Below, piece by piece: positions 1-9,516 of a stretch of 64,000 bases of DNA (its first letter is position 1; each line of letters starts with the position of its first letter). The translations under genes were made by a program, and so were the position numbers. The stretch lies in the NCBI GenBank assembly GCA_045638525.1, contig JAZUBQ010000005.1:76989-140988 (forward strand). Reading direction: 5' to 3'. Below the pieces are notes generated by a model, which had not been told where the DNA came from, searched no databases, and saw nothing but the letters and a program-made list of their open reading frames with translations. The stretch is from Clostridia bacterium. GTDB lineage: Bacteria > Bacillota > Clostridia > UMGS1840.

Positions 1-154
1 ATACAGAGTCGCCGTAAACTTGCTGTTTCTTTTCATTTGCTTTTTTACATAAATATGAAAAATCATCGTCATCAGAAATTTCAATCAAAGTAAGTAACTC
101 ATCTTTTGAAAGAATTTCCTCTGTATAGAGTTTATCAATTAGCTGCTTATTCAT
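1..154 (-). CDS. hydE: [FeFe]-hydrogenase maturase HydE, first 51 codons only (gene runs off the left edge)
   Basis: Not in the ORF track because it is truncated. The reverse strand reads ATG(154..152) MNKQLIDKLYTEEILSKDELLTLIEISDDDDFSYLCKKANEKKQQVYGDSV. The start overlaps the hydF stop (TGATG). The N-terminal pattern and the position after hydG-hydF fit HydE. The radical-SAM motif is off-window, so the call rests mostly on synteny. Confidence 0.55.
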   Translation of the reverse strand, partial: MNKQLIDKLYTEEILSKDELLTLIEISDDDDFSYLCKKANEKKQQVYGDSV

Positions 155-1344
155 CACAAAAACACCTCGCTGCAACGTTCCAAAATCCCACTCAAATATG
201 CCAAAAGGACACCGTAATTGGTAATTGGAAGATTTGCATTGCTGCATTTTTCCAAACGGGAGAGCATCGTTTTTTTTGTAATCATGCAACCCCCACAATG
301 AATTGCCAAACGATAGCCGGACAAGTCATCGGGAAAATCGTATCCGACGTAATAATCAAATTCCAAAGAAACTCCCGTTTTTTTCTGCAGAAGTTCCGGA
401 ATTTTCACTCGACCGATATCTTCGTGGGTATGATTGTGAGTACAGGCTTCCAATATCAAAATTTTATCTCCGTCTTTTAAATCGGGAATCACATCACAAG
501 AAGAAAGCATCGTTCTAAGTTTTCCTTTCTGATGTGCAAGAAGCATCGAAAAAGAAGTTAAGGGAATTTCGTTTGGAACAATTTCCGAAACTGATTGAAA
601 AATCTGAGAATCCGTTACTACTAAGTCTACTTTTGGAATTTCACGAAGCGTTTTAGCAAGTGTTTCTTCTTTGGTAACACTGCATACAGCACCCAAATCC
701 AAACAATTCCGTAAAAATGTGACCTGAGGTAGAATCAATCGTCCTTTCGGAGCTGCAGAATCAATGGGCACTACCATTATGATATGCTCACCGGAAGATA
801 CCAAGCCTTTCAGTTGGTTTTCCTCTTCGTTTTCCGATTTCATGAGTTCTGATGCTAAAAATTCTTTGAGGTTAATGATAGAATTATTGTCATTACAATT
901 TACAAATTTTGCAGTTGGATATTTTGTTTTCAATGTTGACAATTCTTCCTCAGCCAGCAAATCAGATTTGGTAAAAACAAGTACATACGGCGTATTTTTG
1001 AAAATTTTTATTTGTTCTTCTATTTGCTTGTCGGACGAGTTTATATAATCTACAGCATAAATAATATAGTCGCATCTGTCAAGGATTTGCATTGTTTTTC
1101 GGATTCGTTTTTCTGAAAGAAGTGAAATATCTCCAAAACCTGCAGTATCGATTAAAGCAATCGGTCCAAAAGGAATCAATTCCATTCCTTTTATAATCGG
1201 GTCTGTTGTTGTGCCTTCCTGCTCTGAAACAATGGCAAGTTCCTGACCAATCAGCCGATTAAACAATATAGATTTTCCTGCATTTGTGTTACCGAATATC
1301 CCAATATGTTTCCGATCTGCCAATGCTGTTTTTGTTTTTTCCAT
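154..1344 (-). CDS. hydF: [FeFe]-hydrogenase maturation GTPase HydF
   Basis: 396-aa ORF. GTPase P-loop GNTNAGKS and DTAGFGD. C-terminal Fe-S ligand pattern CTHNHTHED...HCGGCM is typical of HydF. Flanked by hydG and hydE. Confidence 0.9.
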   Translation of the reverse strand: MEKTKTALADRKHIGIFGNTNAGKSILFNRLIGQELAIVSEQEGTTTDPIIKGMELIPFGPIALIDTAGFGDISLLSEKRIRKTMQILDRCDYIIYAVDYINSSDKQIEEQIKIFKNTPYVLVFTKSDLLAEEELSTLKTKYPTAKFVNCNDNNSIINLKEFLASELMKSENEEENQLKGLVSSGEHIIMVVPIDSAAPKGRLILPQVTFLRNCLDLGAVCSVTKEETLAKTLREIPKVDLVVTDSQIFQSVSEIVPNEIPLTSFSMLLAHQKGKLRTMLSSCDVIPDLKDGDKILILEACTHNHTHEDIGRVKIPELLQKKTGVSLEFDYYVGYDFPDDLSGYRLAIHCGGCMITKKTMLSRLEKCSNANLPITNYGVLLAYLSGILERCSEVFL

Positions 1345-1361
1345 CTGTAAGCACCTCTTTG

Positions 1362-2750
1362 TTACAGGAATAAATCACGCTCACCCTGTTCTAATTTTTG
1401 TAAATTTTCTATTACCAAAGCTCTGACTTTATCATTTTCGATATTGGGAATATGTTTTTTTATCACTTCATCAGCAAGTAAACAAAAAGACTCATCGCCA
1501 TAATCTAATGCATATTCTTTCAGTGTCATTAAACCATTTGGCAAACATACATTTTTGATGTTTCCGGTTTTGGCAAGTTCCATAAAACGGTCCCCTGTTC
1601 GTCCTTTTCTGTAACATGCGGTACAAAAACTCGGAACCATACCTTCTTCCATAATCCAACGAATAATATCTTGTGCACTTCTGTCGTCTGAGGTAACAAA
1701 CTGAGAGCCTTTACTGTGATTGCCTTTGCTGTAACCACCTACATCAACAGAAGAACCGCCACTCATCTGAGATACACCCAAACGAATCAGTTCTTTTCGC
1801 ATTTTGGAATTTTCGCGAGTAGAAATGATAATTCCTGTAAATGGTACTGCCAAACGAATGATAGAAACAATGCGCAGGAAAGTTTCATCATCAATCGGAT
1901 GAAACTCAGATAAATCATTCCCCTCGGCAGGACACATTCTGGGAACAGAAATGGTATGGAATCCAACACCAAATTTTTCTTCCAAATGCTGATTATGAAG
2001 CATCAGTCCCAAAATTTCATACCGCCAGTCATTAGATAATCCAAACAAAACTCCGCCACCTACGTCGTCAATTCCTGCCTCCATTGCACGGTCAAATGCC
2101 GTCAAATGATATTCGTAATTTTTCTTAGGACCTGCAATATGTACTTTTTCGTAAGTTTCTTTATGATAAGTTTCCTGAAACAATATATAAGTACCAATAC
2201 CTACTTCTTTTAACTTTTTATAATTTTCAACAGTAGTGGAAGCAATATTCACATTCACACGACGGATTTCACCACGTTCAGTTTTCATATCGTAAATGGT
2301 TTTCATACAGTCCAGTATATAATCAATGCTACAGTTCACCGGATCCTCCCCTGCTTCCAATGCAAGGCGTTTATGTCCCATTTCTTCTAAGATTTTAACT
2401 TCTGCACGAATTTCTTCCATACTGAGGCGAGTTCTTTTGAATTGATTTTTGCAATTAAATCCGCAATAGCTACAATGATTTACACAGTAGTCACTGACAT
2501 ATAAAGGAGCAAACATCACAATTCTGTCACCATAAATATGTTGTTTTATTTTATCAGCAATTTGGAAAATACGTTCCTGATGTTCTTTTTTATCGCTTCC
2601 AAGAAGCATTGCCACTTCTAAGGGCGTAAGTCCCTCAAAAGATTCTGCTTTATCTAAAATTTTGTTAATTGTTTCATCACTTGCAGTTTTTGCTTGTTGC
2701 AACAATGTTAGTACATATTGATGATCAATAAAATTACCATATTCTTTCAT
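1362..2750 (-). CDS. hydG: [FeFe]-hydrogenase H-cluster radical-SAM maturase HydG
   Basis: Radical-SAM CX3CX2C motif (CVNHCSYCGF), a ThiH/HydG-like body and a C-terminal Cys cluster (FCTACYRKGRTG...NVCLPN). I moved the start to ATG 2750 (MKEYGNF), which is preceded by GGAGG at 2757-2761. The ORF-track start at 2816 lies beyond a terminator hairpin. Confidence 0.9.
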   Translation of the reverse strand: MKEYGNFIDHQYVLTLLQQAKTASDETINKILDKAESFEGLTPLEVAMLLGSDKKEHQERIFQIADKIKQHIYGDRIVMFAPLYVSDYCVNHCSYCGFNCKNQFKRTRLSMEEIRAEVKILEEMGHKRLALEAGEDPVNCSIDYILDCMKTIYDMKTERGEIRRVNVNIASTTVENYKKLKEVGIGTYILFQETYHKETYEKVHIAGPKKNYEYHLTAFDRAMEAGIDDVGGGVLFGLSNDWRYEILGLMLHNQHLEEKFGVGFHTISVPRMCPAEGNDLSEFHPIDDETFLRIVSIIRLAVPFTGIIISTRENSKMRKELIRLGVSQMSGGSSVDVGGYSKGNHSKGSQFVTSDDRSAQDIIRWIMEEGMVPSFCTACYRKGRTGDRFMELAKTGNIKNVCLPNGLMTLKEYALDYGDESFCLLADEVIKKHIPNIENDKVRALVIENLQKLEQGERDLFL

Positions 2751-2767
2751 ACGTTTCCTCCGAATAC

Positions 2768-2804
2768 AAAAAAGCATCTGTTCCGAAATGGACAGATGCT
2801 TTTT
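2768..2804 (-). terminator. Intrinsic-terminator-like hairpin between tkt and hydG, 6 nt upstream of the hydG RBS
   Basis: The minus strand reads AAAAGCATCTGT-CCATTTCGGA-ACAGATGCTTTT followed by TTTTTT(G). This is a 12-bp stem (2770-2781 / 2792-2803) with a U6 tract (2768-2773). GGAGG follows 6 nt later. Confidence 0.65.
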
Positions 2805-2922
2805 ACCGTTTTGCATACACTTCCAAATCAGAATTATCTTTGTGATCTTCTTTGTCAGTTGATTGGAATTGGGTAAGATAAAAGGACTTTCGTGCTGATA
2901 TCAAACGGTTATCTTATTTATT

Positions 2923-3852
2923 TTATTTCACTAATTTTTTGATTTTTGCTATGATGTTTTCTGCATTCAAACCGTACTCTTTCTGTAAGTCAGGACGATT
3001 TCCGGACTGTCCGAAACGGTCTTCTACAGCAACTCTGTCGCTGATTTTCCCACCAAATTCTGCCACCACTTCAGCAACAGCAGAGTACAGTCCGCCAAAC
3101 ACATTGTGATCTTCTGCAGTCATAATATGTTTTGAGGTTTCTAATGCAAGTTTTACAGCTTCTTTGTCAATGGGTTTAATTGTGTGCATATTAATCACGC
3201 CGACAGAAATCCCTTCTTTTGCCAATTCATCCGCAGCAACCATTGCTTCATAAACCATATCTCCCATAGCAATAACAGTTACATCAGTTCCTTGTTTTAA
3301 CACATTCGCTTTGCCAAAGGTAAAAGAATAATCTTCATTTGTATTAAACACCGGCACATCATATCTTCCAAATCTTAAATACACAGGACCGGGTTCATTA
3401 ATTGCAGCCTCTACGGCATATTTGGCTTCGATCGCATCTGAAGCAACAATCACTTTCATATTGGGAATACTGCGCATCAAAGAAACATCTTCGATTGCCT
3501 GATGCGAACCACCGTCTTCCCCGATTAAAATACCACCGTGAGTCCCAACAACTTTAACATCTAAATTATTATAGCAAATTGCATTTCTTACCTGTTCAAA
3601 TGCTCTGCCTGCAGCAAACATTGCAAAGGTGCTGGCAAATACGGTTGCACCGCAAGATGCCAGACCGGCTGCGGTACCCATCATATCACCTTCTGCAATC
3701 CCCATATCAAAGAAACGTTCAGGATATTTTTTTGAAAAATCAATCGTTTTGGTAGCTTCTGCCAAATCAGCATCCAATACATAGTAATTATATTTTTCAG
3801 CAAGTTCAACCAGAGCTTTTCCGTATCCTGCTCTTGTGGACAATTTTTCCAT
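2923..3852 (-). CDS. Transketolase, C-terminal (pyrimidine-binding) subunit
   Basis: 309 aa. Motifs GIAEGDMMGTAAGLA and EDGGSHQAIED are typical of the Pyr/C-terminal half of a split transketolase. Its start codon abuts the stop of the N-terminal subunit gene at 3852. Confidence 0.9.
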   Translation of the reverse strand: MEKLSTRAGYGKALVELAEKYNYYVLDADLAEATKTIDFSKKYPERFFDMGIAEGDMMGTAAGLASCGATVFASTFAMFAAGRAFEQVRNAICYNNLDVKVVGTHGGILIGEDGGSHQAIEDVSLMRSIPNMKVIVASDAIEAKYAVEAAINEPGPVYLRFGRYDVPVFNTNEDYSFTFGKANVLKQGTDVTVIAMGDMVYEAMVAADELAKEGISVGVINMHTIKPIDKEAVKLALETSKHIMTAEDHNVFGGLYSAVAEVVAEFGGKISDRVAVEDRFGQSGNRPDLQKEYGLNAENIIAKIKKLVK

Positions 3853-4676
3853 TATAAGCTACCTCCCGTTAATTCCATAATTGCCTGTTCCGCCTGTTCG
3901 CGATTCGGAGCAGTTCCGTGCCATTTCGCGAGGTTTTCCATAAAGGAAACGCCTTTACCTTTTACGGTTTTAGCAATAATCGCTGTAGGTTTACCTTTTA
4001 CGGTTTTAGCTTCTGCTAACGCATTTTCGATTTCTTCAAAATTATGACCGTCGATATTAATAACGTGAAAACCAAAAGCTTTGAATTTTTCATCGATGGG
4101 ATACGGAGACATTACATTTCCGATTTCGCCGTCGATTTGTAAATTGTTATTGTCAACAATCGCAACCAGATTATCCAGTTTATAATGAGCTGCAGACATT
4201 GCTGCTTCCCAAATCTGGCCTTCCTGGATTTCGCCATCGCCAATCACAGTATAAACTCGATAGGATTTATTATTTGACTTTGCATACAAAGCCATTCCGT
4301 TTGCAATGGATAATCCCTGTCCCAGAGAACCGGAAGACATATCAACACCCGGAATTTTTTTCATATCGGGATGTCCCTGCAAAATGTTACCAAGCTTTCT
4401 CAAATTGACAATTTCCTCCTGCGGGAAAAAGCCTTTTTCTGCTAATGTTGCGTATAACGCCGGCGCAGTGTGTCCTTTCGAAAGCACAAAACGATCTCTG
4501 TCTTCCATTTTGGGATTTTCGGGATTTACATTCATTTCTTCAAAATATAAAACCGTCATAATATCCGCAATGGATAAGGAACCTCCCGGATGACCGGATG
4601 CCGCGTGGTAAGTTCCACGAATGATGTTTGCGCGGATATTTGCCGCATACTGTTTCAACTGTTCTTTTTCTAACAT
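3852..4676 (-). CDS. Transketolase, N-terminal (TPP-binding) subunit
   Basis: Motifs SGHPGGSLS and GDGEIQEGQIWEA. I set the start at ATG 4676 (MLEKEQLKQY). The ORF-track extension to 4784 overlaps the upstream gene and reads as non-protein-like sequence. Confidence 0.88.
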   Translation of the reverse strand: MLEKEQLKQYAANIRANIIRGTYHAASGHPGGSLSIADIMTVLYFEEMNVNPENPKMEDRDRFVLSKGHTAPALYATLAEKGFFPQEEIVNLRKLGNILQGHPDMKKIPGVDMSSGSLGQGLSIANGMALYAKSNNKSYRVYTVIGDGEIQEGQIWEAAMSAAHYKLDNLVAIVDNNNLQIDGEIGNVMSPYPIDEKFKAFGFHVINIDGHNFEEIENALAEAKTVKGKPTAIIAKTVKGKGVSFMENLAKWHGTAPNREQAEQAIMELTGGSL

Positions 4677-4737
4677 TTGAGCAAACCGTACCTTTCTTTT
4701 TGTGTAATATAGCGATAATATAAATAACCTAAAAAAA

Positions 4738-6657
4738 TTATTGGTTAAGTAAAACTGTTCTGGTTGCACCATCCCACGATACATTTAAATCAAACTTTTC
4801 TGCTAAAAATCGTATGGGAACCATAGTGCGTCCTTCAATAATCATAGGAGCGACGTCAATCGTTTCACTCACATCATTTATCATTACATGGGGATAATCA
4901 ATTCCCATCAAAATCGAAATGCCGTCTTTTGAAACCAAAACTTCGCGCCTGTCTCCGTACCATTCAACTGTTGCACCAAGATTTTCTGTAATAATACGTA
5001 CAGGTACTAAAGTTCTTGAGTCGATAATCACGGGTGGAACATCGGAATTCAGTTTTTCACCATTTAAATACAAGTTAATTGCGTGAACAATCTCCACTTG
5101 GCATTTTTTTTCAATTATTCCATCAACAACAATCGTTAACTCATGCATTCCTTCTGACTCATTGGAAAAATCAAGAGTGGCTAAATAATGAGGAGCCGAT
5201 AATCCGGTAATGTAATATCCGTCCATATACACGTCAACCTGAGGTGTTGTGTTTTTATACACATGAGGATACACCCCAAACACAAAAGAATCATCAGTTA
5301 CCTTAACATAGTCATCAATTTTTCGGTAAGTAACTTGAGAAGATTCATCAGAACCATGAATAAAATACGGGTGCGAAATTTCCATCAGATATTCATTTGC
5401 CAACACACTGTTATCGGATAAGGCATAGTCATTCACTTCGCCATACATTGTTTTATCAAAATACATAATGGCTTTGATTTGCGGGTAAACTTTCGGCAAG
5501 TATTCATACATTTGATGCAAATGATCAATCGCCCACTCTGTTTCGTCTTTATGTAAAGAGTTAATATAGTGCGCTACACCGGATTCGGAAAGCATAATGG
5601 GCTTTCTGTCACCATAAGCTAAAACAATCTCTTCTAAAGCCAATACAGCGTCAGCGCTATCGCCGGCAAAGAAAACATTATCATTGAAGCTTTCTTCAGG
5701 AGTCCAGTCATTTCGTCCAAGGAAATAACGGGCAAAATAAGAAGAAACACCAACCCAGTCAACATACTCGTCCCCCGGATAGAAATCGTGCATATTCACG
5801 TTCCAGGTAGATGCCTGATTCACGCTCCAAACAACTGCTGCATTAGGAAGTTCACGATGAATCTTATCAGATACAAAACGAAAACTTTCAATAAATTCCT
5901 GCGGTTGACAAGGAATTGTCCAAATGTTCATTTCAGCTGCAAAACGGATAAACACCGGAACATCCGGGTACTGTTTAAACTGACTGATTAAAGTGTTTAA
6001 GTAATCACCGGTTGATGGAATACGTAGAATATCGTTTCCTTCGTTCTTTAAATTCAAAGCAAACACTACACGGATATTTTTTTGTTGTGCTTGTTTCATA
6101 ATGAAATGGAACCAGTCAAAATTGGTGCTTCCATATTCGTGATACAACAATATTGCCGATTCGTCGTCCAACACGTTACGAATACCACCATCGGACGCTG
6201 CACCAAAGAGTACTCCCATGCGAGGTTCGTTGATAGCGTTATAGAACAGTTGTTCTTGTGCTACCTGTTCGTAAATTTCCAACCGAGGACGATAATGCAG
6301 AACTTTAGCTTTTGCAATTTTTACTGCATCATCCCAATTAAGTGCCTGCGCATAATATACATATCTTTCAAAAAAAGTGGCCGCCATCGGATAGTTCTCT
6401 AATTTTTCATATGCCTTGGCAACCATTTCGGTACGAGAACCAAGAATCTGAAGCACAGTCTGATTTTCAGGTTCATTTTGCATCAGATTAATTTCTTGAC
6501 CTGCATACTCTATGACATCATAATAATTGTTACTGTTGACAGCCTCCTGATACTGTTTATCCATTGCCCAAAAAGCATGTGGGATTTCATAAGCAAATAC
6601 CGGCAATGAACCACAAAGAAATATAAAAATAAAGAAAAATACAAGGAATTTTTTCAT
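4738..6657 (-). CDS. Secreted protein: clan GH-A (GH26-like) glycoside hydrolase domain plus C-terminal copper-amine-oxidase-N-like (stalk) domain
   Basis: Signal peptide MKKFLVFFFIFIFLCGSLPVFA. GH26-like motifs IRFAAEMNIW, DYVDWVGVSSY and LSESG. The C-terminal VPVRIITENLGATVEW...TMVPIRFLAEKFDLNVSWD repeats are typical of the Cu_amine_oxidN1 fold. Start chosen at ATG 6657; alternatives are 6675 and 6684. Confidence 0.6.
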   Translation of the reverse strand: MKKFLVFFFIFIFLCGSLPVFAYEIPHAFWAMDKQYQEAVNSNNYYDVIEYAGQEINLMQNEPENQTVLQILGSRTEMVAKAYEKLENYPMAATFFERYVYYAQALNWDDAVKIAKAKVLHYRPRLEIYEQVAQEQLFYNAINEPRMGVLFGAASDGGIRNVLDDESAILLYHEYGSTNFDWFHFIMKQAQQKNIRVVFALNLKNEGNDILRIPSTGDYLNTLISQFKQYPDVPVFIRFAAEMNIWTIPCQPQEFIESFRFVSDKIHRELPNAAVVWSVNQASTWNVNMHDFYPGDEYVDWVGVSSYFARYFLGRNDWTPEESFNDNVFFAGDSADAVLALEEIVLAYGDRKPIMLSESGVAHYINSLHKDETEWAIDHLHQMYEYLPKVYPQIKAIMYFDKTMYGEVNDYALSDNSVLANEYLMEISHPYFIHGSDESSQVTYRKIDDYVKVTDDSFVFGVYPHVYKNTTPQVDVYMDGYYITGLSAPHYLATLDFSNESEGMHELTIVVDGIIEKKCQVEIVHAINLYLNGEKLNSDVPPVIIDSRTLVPVRIITENLGATVEWYGDRREVLVSKDGISILMGIDYPHVMINDVSETIDVAPMIIEGRTMVPIRFLAEKFDLNVSWDGATRTVLLNQ

Positions 6658-6777
6658 CAAACACAAACCTTTCATTCTAAACATATAGATATATTATACC
6701 AATATTGTTACAAAAAGTCAACAAATTTATCGCAACATGTGTAATAAATATTTAATATATTAAAAGTATCAAAAAAG

Positions 6778-6806
6778 TTGCAAATCATAAACAACTATTG
6801 TATAAT
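6778..6806 (+). promoter_or_regulatory. Sigma-A type promoter candidate for hprK
   Basis: TTGCAA (6778-6783), a 17-nt spacer, then TATAAT (6801-6806). It sits 41 nt upstream of the hprK ATG. Confidence 0.5.
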
Positions 6807-6846
6807 AAGATGAAATAACATAAAAATAAGTCGGAGGGACTCAACA

Positions 6847-7785
6847 ATGGTTTCTTTTTCTGTTACACTAAACCAAATTATTAACGAATGTAACTTAGAA
6901 ATTGTATACGCTGATAAAGATTTAGACAAAGTATTGATTACCACCACCGATGTCAGTCGACCGGGACTTCAGTTTGTTGACTTTTTTGATTATTTTGATC
7001 ATAACAGAATTCAAATTTTCGGAAAAGTTGAACTCACATTTTTAGAGCAAAAAACTTCAGAACAACGACTACATTGTATTCGTGAGTTATGCAGTCGTGA
7101 AATTCCTGCTATTATCATTTCAAGAGATCAGGATGCTTTTCCTGAACTGATATCTGCTGCAAAAGAATTTCATATTCCTGTGTTACGAACCAAACAGACA
7201 ACCTCCAAATTCATGGCAAGACTGATTGCTTTTCTGAATCTGGAATTGGCAGAACGAGTTACTCTGCACGGTGTCTTATGCGAAGTATACGGAGAAGGTG
7301 TTCTGATTATGGGTGAAAGTGGCGTAGGTAAAAGCGAAACAGCCATAGAGCTCGTAAAAAGAGGACATCGTCTGGTTGCAGATGATGCTGTAGAAGTAAA
7401 AAAAGTTTCTGATAAATCATTGGTAGGAACTGCCCCGGAAAACATCCGTCACTACATAGAAATCCGCGGTATCGGTATTATCGATGTAAGACGAATTTTT
7501 GGTATGGGTGCTATTAAAGAAACTGAAAAAATAGACCTCATTATCAAGCTGGAAGCCTGGGATCCTAAAAAACAGTACGACAGACTGGGGCTTGTAACAG
7601 AATATTCTGAACTTTTAGGAAACGACATCCCTACGTTAAATATTCCTGTCAAACCGGGCCGAAACCTTGCGGTGGTTGTTGAGGTTGCTGCGATGAACAA
7701 TCGTCAGAAAAAGCTTGGATATAATGCGGCAGAAGAACTTAACAAACGATTAATGGAACAAATGTCAAAAGATTTACAAATTTAA
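6847..7785 (+). CDS. hprK: HPr kinase/phosphorylase
   Basis: 312 aa. Walker-A GESGVGKSETAIELVKRGHRLVADD and IEIRGIGIIDV are both signature HprK motifs. GGAGGG RBS upstream. Confidence 0.93.
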   Translation: MVSFSVTLNQIINECNLEIVYADKDLDKVLITTTDVSRPGLQFVDFFDYFDHNRIQIFGKVELTFLEQKTSEQRLHCIRELCSREIPAIIISRDQDAFPELISAAKEFHIPVLRTKQTTSKFMARLIAFLNLELAERVTLHGVLCEVYGEGVLIMGESGVGKSETAIELVKRGHRLVADDAVEVKKVSDKSLVGTAPENIRHYIEIRGIGIIDVRRIFGMGAIKETEKIDLIIKLEAWDPKKQYDRLGLVTEYSELLGNDIPTLNIPVKPGRNLAVVVEVAAMNNRQKKLGYNAAEELNKRLMEQMSKDLQI

Positions 7786-7846
7786 TGATATAATATTCTA
7801 TACTACAGAAAGGAAAACAGGTAAATCTTGCCTGTAACTTAAAACA

Positions 7847-8389
7847 ATGACAACAGCAAATATGATTACTATTGCCAGAATCCTTCTGGTTCCCGTTTAT
7901 GTATACTTTGCGCTGGCATTTCCCGGAATGAACCGTGAGCTGATTGCTGCACTGATTTTTTTACTGATTTCCGTAACCGATTTTTTAGATGGCTATATTG
8001 CCAGAAAATATAATCAAATTACCGATTTTGGTAAATTTTTAGACCCTTTGGCTGATAAAATCCTTGTAATTTCCGCATTCATCATTTTTGTAGCTCAGGG
8101 AAAATTAAGTCCTGTTATCACCATTGTTGTAATCACCCGTGAATTTCTTGTAACCTCGATCCGATTGGTTGCTGCAGGAAAAGGTACTGTAATTGCAGCT
8201 TCCATGAGCGGAAAATTAAAAACTGTTTCGCAAATCGCTGCTGTTATCACAATCTTATTGGAAGACTATCTTTGTCAGATATTCTGTCTGCCGTACGGAC
8301 AAATTTTCAGCTGGATTATGTTAATATTCACGGTATACTCCGGATTAGAATATATGATTTTAAACCGTAAATTGATTTCCTTTCAATAA
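7847..8389 (+). CDS. pgsA: CDP-diacylglycerol--glycerol-3-phosphate 3-phosphatidyltransferase
   Basis: 180 aa, multi-TM. CDP-alcohol phosphatidyltransferase motif [27 protein letters not shown]. Confidence 0.85.
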   Translation: MTTANMITIARILLVPVYVYFALAFPGMNRELIAALIFLLISVTDFLDGYIARKYNQITDFGKFLDPLADKILVISAFIIFVAQGKLSPVITIVVITREFLVTSIRLVAAGKGTVIAASMSGKLKTVSQIAAVITILLEDYLCQIFCLPYGQIFSWIMLIFTVYSGLEYMILNRKLISFQ

Positions 8390-8403
8390 GGGAGGAACTG
8401 TAA

Positions 8404-9516
8404 GTGAAAACCGTCGGAATCATTTCGGAATTTAATCCTTTTCACAACGGGCATAAATATTTAATTGATACCGTAAAAAAAGAACTCCGGGCGGAATGTG
8501 TTGTGGCTGTGATGAGCGGCAACTATACGCAACGGGGAGAAATTGCTATTTTTGATATGTATCAAAGAGCTGAAATTGCTTGCAACAACGGTGTTGATGT
8601 TGTTTTTGAGCTTCCGCCCCAATTTGTTTTAAATTCCGCTCAATATTATGCGCTCTACGGTGTATCGTTGTTTCATAATCTGGGTGGGATTGATTACCTT
8701 TGTTTTGGCTCGGAATGCGGAGATATTTCTGCATTGCAATCTGTAATTCCTCAAAACATTACTTCTGCCAAAGAACAAATGAAAAGCGGCATCACATATG
8801 CAAAAGCCATTTCGGATTCAGACATTTTGAGAAAACCCAATAACATTTTAGGGGTAGAATATTTAAGAGCCCTCTCCAATCTTGGCTCAACCATTCAGCC
8901 TTACACCGTAAAACGAAAATCAGTAGAACACGATTCCGACGTAACTTCCGGCAAATTCGCGAGTGCATCTTACTTGCGTAAATTACTAAAAAACGGCAAT
9001 GATGTTTCTGAGTATGTACCCGCAATTCCGGATAGTGTTCCGGTTAACGAAGAAGTTTTAATCAATTTTTTCCGATATCGGTTGCTGACTGCTACCGAAG
9101 AAGATGTATCCAAAATCAACAATATGTCAGAAGGTCTGGAAAACCGGCTGATAAAACATCGGGATAAAACATCAGTTGAAGAAATGGTAAATTCCATCAA
9201 ATGTAAGCGATATCCTGAAACCAGAATTCGCAGAGCTTTGTATTCGGTTTTGTTGAACCTGCATCAGTCAGATGAACTCCCCTGCTACACCAGAGTTCTT
9301 GCACTGACAAAAACAGGACAGCAATATATAAAAAGTATAAAAGACTCTGCTTCGGTAACGATATACAGCAGGATATCAAAAAAAGAGATTTTCCAAAATC
9401 CTCAGTTAAAAAAAGAATTATATTGCAATGAAATATATTCTTTGGCACAAGAACTGTCAAACTATGGAGGCGACTATGGAAATTATGAACATCAGAAAAA
9501 TGACCGAAGAAAATGA
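8404..9516 (+). CDS. tmcAL: tRNA(Met) cytidine acetate ligase TmcAL (UPF0348/YlbM nucleotidyltransferase family)
   Basis: 370 aa with a GTG start after GGGAGGAA. The N-terminal GIISEFNPFHNGHKYLI (HxGH-type) and VMSGNYTQRGE are characteristic of YlbM/TmcAL. Confidence 0.8.
   Translation: MKTVGIISEFNPFHNGHKYLIDTVKKELRAECVVAVMSGNYTQRGEIAIFDMYQRAEIACNNGVDVVFELPPQFVLNSAQYYALYGVSLFHNLGGIDYLCFGSECGDISALQSVIPQNITSAKEQMKSGITYAKAISDSDILRKPNNILGVEYLRALSNLGSTIQPYTVKRKSVEHDSDVTSGKFASASYLRKLLKNGNDVSEYVPAIPDSVPVNEEVLINFFRYRLLTATEEDVSKINNMSEGLENRLIKHRDKTSVEEMVNSIKCKRYPETRIRRALYSVLLNLHQSDELPCYTRVLALTKTGQQYIKSIKDSASVTIYSRISKKEIFQNPQLKKELYCNEIYSLAQELSNYGGDYGNYEHQKNDRRK

Noticed and set aside
2751-2816. 5' extensions of ORF-track calls: hydG to 2816, transketolase N-subunit to 4784, trmO to 33371, hdrA, nusA, murI, the glycosidase, and others.
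   Set aside because: The extensions run through terminator hairpins, a tRNA gene, or the upstream gene's coding sequence, and they lack an RBS. Internal ATGs with GGAGG-type RBSs give N-termini typical of each family.
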